This document shows, one piece after another, positions 57,839 through 64,000 of a stretch of 64,000 nucleotides of DNA; position 1 is the first letter of the stretch; every line of letters begins with the position of its first letter. The translations under genes and the position numbers were made by a program. Below the pieces are notes generated by a model. That model did not search any database and had not been told where the DNA came from. It worked only from the letters and a program-made list of their open reading frames with translations. Source of the stretch: an uncultured Gammaproteobacteria bacterium (GTDB taxonomy: Bacteria > Patescibacteriota > Patescibacteriia > SG8-24); the NCBI GenBank assembly GCA_964491475.1, contig CAZBFO010000002.1:16501-80500 (forward strand), written 5' to 3'.

Positions 57839-59572
57839 ATGAACAAACTCACTACAACCATCGCAAAAATCACGGCTGTTGCGACTTTGCTCTCGCTGTT
57901 CTCGACGGTGAGTCCCGCGGTCGCCGCCGAAGCTAATCCGGCCCTCGTGACTTTTGATCCGTGGGAAGTGGCCACGCTCTCGCGTGACACCGCCGACTCG
58001 CAGATCGAAGCCTACAAGGTCGACAAGAACCTTGTGGCTTGGACCGAACTTTCGGGCAGCACCCGCAAGCTGTACGCCTTCGACGGTGCGCAGACCCGTC
58101 TTCTGGCCGCCTTCGACAAGGCCGACTGGAAGGACGACGGCGCCGGTTTCTACGACTCTATCAAGGGCAACTTCGATGTTGCCGACGGCATCGTCACCTG
58201 GACCATGTCGGACGGTCATGATCGCGAAATCTATTCCTTCGACGGCGACGCCGTGAAGAAGGTTTCCGACAACAGCTACGACGACCGCCATCCGATCACC
58301 TCGGCAGGTCGCGTCGCCTGGACCAGCCAGCCCGGCGAGACTGCCTACAACCTCATGGTCAAGGACCGCTACGGCATCCGCCGCGTGGACGCCTGGCCGG
58401 TGACCAACTACGCCTTCTCGGGATCCAGCCTGTTCTGGCTCAACGTCCGCCCCAACGAAAACTGGATGCACGTGCTGGTGAACACCGGCCTCGTGAACAG
58501 CGTCGTCGGCCAGGCCGATGACCGCCCGCTCACCAAGTACTTCATTGCCGACGGCAAGGGCAACGTCGCCTGGGAGTACTCCACCAAGAACTGGGCCTAC
58601 GACAAGCGCATCACCTACGTTTCCGTGAACGGCGCCCCTGCGATCGAGATGATCCAGCGCGACGTCCCTCCGATGGTTACCCGTCTGGAGGACATGGACA
58701 ACGGCAAGGTCATGATGAACGTCAACGACCTCCTGCTCACCGACCTGCAGCACAAGGACGTGCTGCTCGAGGTGACCAACTACTACATGCAGAAGGCCAT
58801 CTGGCGCAAGGAATCGATGGGCAAGGTGCGCTACATGGACGGCGGCTACGTCTCCATGCGCGAGCCGAACGCCATCACTCCCATCATGTTCCACTCGACC
58901 GACAGCGGTTTCGAGGACCTCATCACCTACGATCCGGTCATCCTCGACCGCTTCGATGCTGACGGCTCTGCCGCGGCCGGAGCACGCCTCGGCGGCGGCC
59001 TGGTGACGCGCATCGACGGCAAGTCCGTCGTGATTCCCTCGACCGTCGAGACCGCCGATCTGACCGTGAAGAACGGCAACATCGCCTGGATCGAAGGCGT
59101 TGCCGGCAAGCAGGCGCTCAAGTTCGCCACCACCAAGGTCACCGTGAAGACGGCGGCCGGTCCGGTCCGCTACACTGGTCATCTCGTGAAGTCGGCAGCC
59201 GGTCCCACGGTGTACTTCGCGGCCATGGACGGCAAGCGCTACGTGTTCTCGGGCGAAGGCCAGTTCTACAGCTACTTCCCCGACTTCAACTCGGTGCAGA
59301 CGCTGTCGGCGGCCAAGCTCGCGTCCATGCCGGTCGGAGGCGTCGTCCTCTACCAGCCGGGCACCAAGCTGCTCAAGACCGCATCGTCCCCCAAGATCTA
59401 CTCGATTGCCAAGGACGGTTCGATCCACTGGGTGCTGAATGAGGAAACTCTCCAGGCCGTCTACGGTCTGAACTGGAAGGCCAAGATCGCGATTGTCGAT
59501 GAGACCGAGCTCGCTTCGTACACGATGAGCGGTCCCATCTCCAGCAATCTTGCCTATCTCTCTGCGCTGTAA
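57839..59572 (+). CDS. Secreted surface protein with C-terminal repeats
   Basis: Signal peptide, beta-rich VAW repeats, GHLVKS...VYF...DGKRYVF and PGTKLLK...KIY modules. Confidence 0.8.
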   Translation: MNKLTTTIAKITAVATLLSLFSTVSPAVAAEANPALVTFDPWEVATLSRDTADSQIEAYKVDKNLVAWTELSGSTRKLYAFDGAQTRLLAAFDKADWKDDGAGFYDSIKGNFDVADGIVTWTMSDGHDREIYSFDGDAVKKVSDNSYDDRHPITSAGRVAWTSQPGETAYNLMVKDRYGIRRVDAWPVTNYAFSGSSLFWLNVRPNENWMHVLVNTGLVNSVVGQADDRPLTKYFIADGKGNVAWEYSTKNWAYDKRITYVSVNGAPAIEMIQRDVPPMVTRLEDMDNGKVMMNVNDLLLTDLQHKDVLLEVTNYYMQKAIWRKESMGKVRYMDGGYVSMREPNAITPIMFHSTDSGFEDLITYDPVILDRFDADGSAAAGARLGGGLVTRIDGKSVVIPSTVETADLTVKNGNIAWIEGVAGKQALKFATTKVTVKTAAGPVRYTGHLVKSAAGPTVYFAAMDGKRYVFSGEGQFYSYFPDFNSVQTLSAAKLASMPVGGVVLYQPGTKLLKTASSPKIYSIAKDGSIHWVLNEETLQAVYGLNWKAKIAIVDETELASYTMSGPISSNLAYLSAL

Positions 59573-59591
59573 TCCAAAACCAAGACACCAA

Positions 59592-59617
59592 AAAACCGCC
59601 CCCTCGGGGGCGGTTTT
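59592..59617. terminator. Bidirectional terminator
   Basis: aaaaccgcccc...ggggcggtttt. Confidence 0.7.
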
Positions 59618-59624
59618 GCTTTGC

Positions 59625-60026
59625 CTACTTAGCAACGGCCTTTTCGACCAGCTTCTTCTTGTGGGTGCGGAGGTAGTAGAGCTTGGCGCGGGAAACGGCG
59701 TACTGCTTCACGGCTTCGATCTTGGCGACCACGGGGGACATGACCGGGAAGATGCGCTCGACGCCGACGCCGCTGGCGATCTTGCGGACGGTGATGGTGC
59801 GGCTGGTGGCATCCTTGCCCTTCACGGCGATCACGGTGCCCTCGAAGACCTGAATGCGGTCGCGCTCTTCGCCCTTGGTGTTGGTCTCCTTGATCTTCTG
59901 GTGGACGCGGACGACCATGCCAGGTTCGATTTCGGTGGACTTCACGGCGACGACCTCTACTTCCGCCGCAGGGGTCGAGGCGGTGTTTTCGGCTTCGTTG
60001 ACTTCATTTTTAGCTTCTTCGGCCAT
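59625..60026 (-). CDS. rplS: 50S ribosomal protein L19
   Basis: [26 protein letters not shown] and RAKLYYLR motifs. Confidence 0.95.
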   Translation of the reverse strand: MAEEAKNEVNEAENTASTPAAEVEVVAVKSTEIEPGMVVRVHQKIKETNTKGEERDRIQVFEGTVIAVKGKDATSRTITVRKIASGVGVERIFPVMSPVVAKIEAVKQYAVSRAKLYYLRTHKKKLVEKAVAK

Positions 60027-60553
60027 AGGCGGTTTAATGCTTTGACTAAACGAGAGACGACTTCCTCTACGGTGAGGTTGTCTGTTTGAACGACGATATC
60101 ATAGACGGTCAGGTCATTTAAGTCAAGCCCGTAGGTCCGTTTATAGCGATGGCGGTTGTCGCGGTCCCTTTTGGTGATTTGGGACAGGGACCGGCGGTAG
60201 GGGGTACCTTCCCTTTTGGATACTCGGCTGGCACGGGTTTGCGCGGAGGCGGCTATCCAAATACGAGTGGCCTCGAGGCCTTCTTTGGCGGTCATCAGAC
60301 CGGCCAGGCGGCCCTGCATGATGATGTCGCCGGCTTTTTTGGCCTTGCGGAGCATGGCGGCGTCCAGCTTGCGGTCGATCTCCGGGTGCTTTTCGACGTA
60401 GGGGCCGAAGGCTACCACGTCCATGCGGTGCTGCTTGGCCATGCGGCGGAAAATCTGCCCGACATCCACCGTGGGCACGCCGATTTTTTCGGACAGCCCT
60501 TTGGCGGCGCTGGATTTCCCTGAACCCGACAGACCGGAGATGGTGATCAGCAT
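59957..60553 (-). CDS. cmk: Cytidylate kinase (archaeal-type family)
   Basis: [13 protein letters not shown]-loop, [13 protein letters not shown] and RYKRTYGLD. Confidence 0.8.
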   Translation of the reverse strand: MLITISGLSGSGKSSAAKGLSEKIGVPTVDVGQIFRRMAKQHRMDVVAFGPYVEKHPEIDRKLDAAMLRKAKKAGDIIMQGRLAGLMTAKEGLEATRIWIAASAQTRASRVSKREGTPYRRSLSQITKRDRDNRHRYKRTYGLDLNDLTVYDIVVQTDNLTVEEVVSRLVKALNRLWPKKLKMKSTKPKTPPRPLRRK

Positions 60554-60559
60554 AGACCG

Positions 60560-61525
60560 TTATTTCCCTGCTCGCTTTAGAATGTCTTCCAGCTCTTTAG
60601 GCAGCGGTGCCGAGAAGGACAGTTCCTTGTCGGTCGCCGGATGGTGGAAGGCGAGGGCTTTGGCGTGAAGGAAAAGGCGCGAGGCGTTCATGCGGCCGAC
60701 CCTGTTGGCGCCGTACAGCGGATCGCCCACGACCGGGGTGCCGAGAGCGTGGAAGTGCGCGCGGATTTGGTGCGTGCGGCCGGTTTCGGTGCGGACCGTC
60801 AGGTAGGTGGTCTTGGGAAACTTTTCCTCGATGCGGTAGTGGGTGATGGCCGTGCGGTCGCCGGGAGCAACCTCCATGTCGCCGCTGATCTTGTTGAACT
60901 TCACGGGGCGCGCGGCCATCTTGCCGCCGGAAGCGGAGCGCCCGATGGGCATTTTGACGGTGCCGGCGTCCGCCGGGGGATAGCCGTCTATGAGCACGGC
61001 GTATTCCTTTTTGACCACATGCGCTTGGAACTGCGCCTTCAGGTTCTCGAATGCCGCCTTGGTGCGCGCCACGACCAGCAGGCCGGAAGCCTCGCGGTCC
61101 AAGCGGTGCACGATGCCGGGGCGATCAGGATCGTCGCCGACTTTGGCGATTTCCGGATAGCGGGCGATGAGCGCGTTGGCCAGCGTTTCGGACTCGCCGG
61201 GTATGGCGGGGTGCACGATCAGGCCGGACGGCTTGTTGACTACCACGATGTCCTTGTCTTCGTAGACGACAGCAAGGCCGATGTCCGGGCGGGGAACGAG
61301 GTTCTCGCTCACGACTGCGGTGGCTTCGGCATCGTCCTTGATGTCGATGACGTCCTTTTCTGCCAGCGCCAGGTGCGGCGTCACCGTTTTGCCGTTGACC
61401 GTGACCAGTTCCGACTTGATCCACTTCTGTATGCGGCTGCGCGAAACTTCCGGCAGCTTTGCCGTCAGCCAGGAGTCGAGACGCTGCCCCGCGTCTTTTG
61501 CGGTGACTTTGAATTTCTTTTTCAT
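60560..61525 (-). CDS. RluA/RluD-family pseudouridine synthase
   Basis: S4 domain, NKPSGLIVHP, HRLD, TGRTHQIR and LFLHA motifs. Confidence 0.93.
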   Translation of the reverse strand: MKKKFKVTAKDAGQRLDSWLTAKLPEVSRSRIQKWIKSELVTVNGKTVTPHLALAEKDVIDIKDDAEATAVVSENLVPRPDIGLAVVYEDKDIVVVNKPSGLIVHPAIPGESETLANALIARYPEIAKVGDDPDRPGIVHRLDREASGLLVVARTKAAFENLKAQFQAHVVKKEYAVLIDGYPPADAGTVKMPIGRSASGGKMAARPVKFNKISGDMEVAPGDRTAITHYRIEEKFPKTTYLTVRTETGRTHQIRAHFHALGTPVVGDPLYGANRVGRMNASRLFLHAKALAFHHPATDKELSFSAPLPKELEDILKRAGK

Positions 61526-61554
61526 GCGATGCGTTTTTGCGATTGAAAGCGTGG

Positions 61555-61630
61555 TGGTCGGCCCGCTGGGACTCGAACCCAGAACCGCCGAGATATAAGC
61601 TCGGTGCACTAACCATTGTGCTACGGGCCG
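61555..61630 (-). tRNA. tRNA-Ile(UAU)
   Basis: CGGCCCG acceptor, anticodon arm CCGAG-CTTATAT-CTCGG, GGTTCGAGTCC, discriminator A, CCA. Confidence 0.92.
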
Positions 61631-61749
61631 GTGCGGTTGTGAGCCAAACTTAGCACTAAAACGATGCTCTTGGGAAGGGGCTCGGGGGGTTGACTTTTTG
61701 GCTCTGTTTTGATAAGGAATCAAGGTGCGAGCAGCACAGAGGAGATCAC

Positions 61750-62655
61750 ATGGACTTCGGGACTATCATCAATATTCTCTTCTTCGCTTTCGTCATCGGA
61801 AGCATCGTCGCCAAGGCAGTAAAGGCAGCGAAGAAAGCCAAGGCGGACCGTAAGGGCATACCCGTGGTGTCGCTGGAAGGCGGATTCGCCACCAGCAGCG
61901 ATCCCAACAGCACCTTCCGTCGGCTCATGGACGATCTGGCCAAGATCGAGGCGCTCAAGCCCAAGGTCATGGTCCTGAAGGTAAACAGCCCGGGCAGCAC
62001 CGTCGGTGCCGCCTACGAGGTGTACACCAAGCTGAACGAGCTGCGGACCAGCGGCACGAAGGTCGTGGCGCTGATGCAGGACGTGGCGGCCAGCGGGGGC
62101 GTATACGTGTCGATGGCCTCGGACTACGTCGTCGCCGGCCCCTCGACCCTCACGGGTTCGATCGGCGTCATCATGCAGGGCTACGACCTGTCCGAGCTGC
62201 TGCCGGAGTTCAAGATCAAGACGCGAGTCATCAAGTCCGGTGAGATGAAGGACATCGGATCGCAGACGCGCCCGATGACCGAGGCGGAGACGGAAGTGCT
62301 AAGGAGCATGATCATCGACGATTGGCAGCAGTTCTGCCACGTCGTCGCCGCCGGACGGAAGATGGACGTGAACAAGGTCGCCGCGTTCTCCGACGGTCGC
62401 GTGTTCAACGGCCGGTATGCCCATTACCTGGGCCTGGTGGACGAGCTCGGAGGATTGAGTGCCGCGCTGAAGGCGGCCGGCCGTTTGGCAGAGATGCCGG
62501 AGGCCGACTGCAAGCCCGTCATCTTCGAAAAGAAGATGGACTTCGCCATGAACCTGCGCAAGCTCTTGCCCGGCACGCGGCTGGAAGAGCGCCTGACCGC
62601 GCTGGTGCCGGATTCGGCCTTTCAGGGCGTGCCGCTCTACATGATGCAGAGGTAG
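61750..62655 (+). CDS. sppA: Signal peptide peptidase SppA (S49)
   Basis: NSPG, AASGG, TGSIGV, KSGEMKD, DGRVF and GLVDELG motifs. Confidence 0.9.
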   Translation: MDFGTIINILFFAFVIGSIVAKAVKAAKKAKADRKGIPVVSLEGGFATSSDPNSTFRRLMDDLAKIEALKPKVMVLKVNSPGSTVGAAYEVYTKLNELRTSGTKVVALMQDVAASGGVYVSMASDYVVAGPSTLTGSIGVIMQGYDLSELLPEFKIKTRVIKSGEMKDIGSQTRPMTEAETEVLRSMIIDDWQQFCHVVAAGRKMDVNKVAAFSDGRVFNGRYAHYLGLVDELGGLSAALKAAGRLAEMPEADCKPVIFEKKMDFAMNLRKLLPGTRLEERLTALVPDSAFQGVPLYMMQR

Positions 62656-62732
62656 GTCGTTCTGACGGCGGGTATCACCCGCCGTTTTTTCATGCGTACA
62701 AAAAAGATGTCCAAGCGGACACCTTTCCTTTT

Positions 62733-64000
62733 TTACGGATACAGCTCGTCGATGCGTTGCTGATGCGCGGCAATGACTTTGCCGCGTTTCACCTTGAGCG
62801 TCGGCGTGAGCTGGCCGTTCTCCTGGGTGAAATCGTCCGCGATGAGCGCGAACCGTTTCACCTTTTCATACCCCTTCCAGCCTGCCGACAGCCTCTCGAT
62901 TTCGGCACGGTAGGCGTCGTGGACGCGCGTGTCACAGATAAGGGTGTCGATGGGATGGCCGGGTATCGCCGGCTGGTCGCCGTGCAACAGGCGCTTCACC
63001 GCGTCCGGATCGACCACGATGAGCGCGACGTTGTACGGCTTGTTCAGCCCGTACAGCAGCACGTTCTTCATCAGCGGCGACCGGCGGAGGTCATCCTCGA
63101 GCGGGGCGGGAGCCACGAACTTGCCGTTCTCCAGCTTGTACTGCTCGCTGATCCTGCCGTTGATGTGCAGGAAGCCTGCTTGGTCGATGAAGCCTTGGTC
63201 GCCCGTTCGCAGCTCGCGGCGGCCGTCACGGCTGCCGATGGCCTTGGCGGTTTCGGCAGGCAGGTTGTAGTACCCCTGCATGACGTTGGGACCGCTGACG
63301 CAGATTTCTCCCGAATGGATGTCGTCGCTGGCGGACTTGTCGATGAAGACGCTGACGCCTTCCACGACCTTGCCGCCCGTGCCCAGTTTGCGGTTGCCCG
63401 GGGAGTTGACGCTCACGATGGGGCTGGTCTCGGTCATGCCGTAGCCCTCGTAGACCGGAATGCCCAGCGTGTCGATGAACTCGCCGACCTCCCTGGGAAG
63501 CGCGGCACCGCCGCAGACGGCCAGCCGAAGCCTTCCGCCGAAGCGCTTGCTCGCCTTGGAGAAAATCAGCAGCCCCGCAAGCCAGAGCATGATTGCGCCG
63601 ATGATGCCGACCACGGCCCCGTCACGGCGACGTTCCGCGGCCTTGAGCCCCATGCGGAACAGCGCCCGCACCAGGAACGACTTGCTCGCCACTTGCGACT
63701 GCACCGCCGCGTACACCTTGGTGAAGATGCTCGGCACCGTGAACAGCACGGTGGGGGAGACCTCGGCCAGGTTGCCGATGATCCTCTCCACGCCCTCGCA
63801 AATGGCGATGGCCCCGCCGACGCTCAACATGCCCTGCAGCTCTGCCGTGTGACCGAAGACATGGGCCCAAGGCAGGAACGACAGGCTGCGGTCGTTGGCG
63901 TTGACGATGCCCAAGTGGTGAACAGCCCCGATGTTCGAGGCGATGTTTCCGTGCGAGAGCATCACGCCCTTCGGGTTCCCGGTAGTTCCCGAGGTGTAGA
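62733..64000 (-). CDS. Long-chain fatty acid--CoA ligase (5' end outside the window)
   Basis: YTSGTTGNPKG at the window edge, EGYGMTET, GPNVMQGYY, RTGD and LTPTLKVKR. Confidence 0.9.
   Translation of the reverse strand, partial: YTSGTTGNPKGVMLSHGNIASNIGAVHHLGIVNANDRSLSFLPWAHVFGHTAELQGMLSVGGAIAICEGVERIIGNLAEVSPTVLFTVPSIFTKVYAAVQSQVASKSFLVRALFRMGLKAAERRRDGAVVGIIGAIMLWLAGLLIFSKASKRFGGRLRLAVCGGAALPREVGEFIDTLGIPVYEGYGMTETSPIVSVNSPGNRKLGTGGKVVEGVSVFIDKSASDDIHSGEICVSGPNVMQGYYNLPAETAKAIGSRDGRRELRTGDQGFIDQAGFLHINGRISEQYKLENGKFVAPAPLEDDLRRSPLMKNVLLYGLNKPYNVALIVVDPDAVKRLLHGDQPAIPGHPIDTLICDTRVHDAYRAEIERLSAGWKGYEKVKRFALIADDFTQENGQLTPTLKVKRGKVIAAHQQRIDELYP

Noticed and set aside
59957-60026. 70-nt overlap between cmk and rplS as a frameshift or recoding signal
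   Set aside because: Both proteins appear complete; the overlap covers only non-conserved tails.

Overview
GC-rich bacterial chromosomal window. Its gene content (TrmB-type HTH, DUF4012, FemAB, GT4 cluster, Cys-rich pilin-like proteins, many leaderless-looking genes) suggests a Patescibacteria/CPR (Parcubacteria-like) genome; this taxonomy is an inference. Most of the window is housekeeping or cell-surface genes: rpe, rpiB, ileS, ruvA, hflX, glmS, rnhB, trpS, rnj, secG, uvrA, rplS, cmk, an RluA-family synthase, sppA, three tRNAs and RNase P RNA. The standout is at the left end. A TROVE/Ro60 RNA-binding protein gene (141-1820, minus) sits about 1.65 kb downstream of a near-consensus sigma70 promoter, and the intervening DNA lacks credible ORFs and is densely hairpin-forming. 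A ~44-nt two-stem motif with compensatory changes occurs three times, on both sides of the Ro60 gene, and a second ~350-nt structured RNA candidate appears to be transcribed divergently. This looks like a Ro60 plus large or multi-module ncRNA system, unlike classical ~100-nt Y RNAs. Other notable items: tRNA-Ile with a UAU anticodon, IleRS2 with a GIHH motif and an inserted histidine-phosphatase domain, an mTERF-like protein, a toxin/antitoxin/third-gene cassette, a HopQ1/XopQ-like hydrolase coupled to a Nudix enzyme, modular surface proteins sharing a C-terminal domain plus a decayed third copy, and a 38-bp-TIR MITE-like element. All calls were made by eye; no database searches or folding programs were run.
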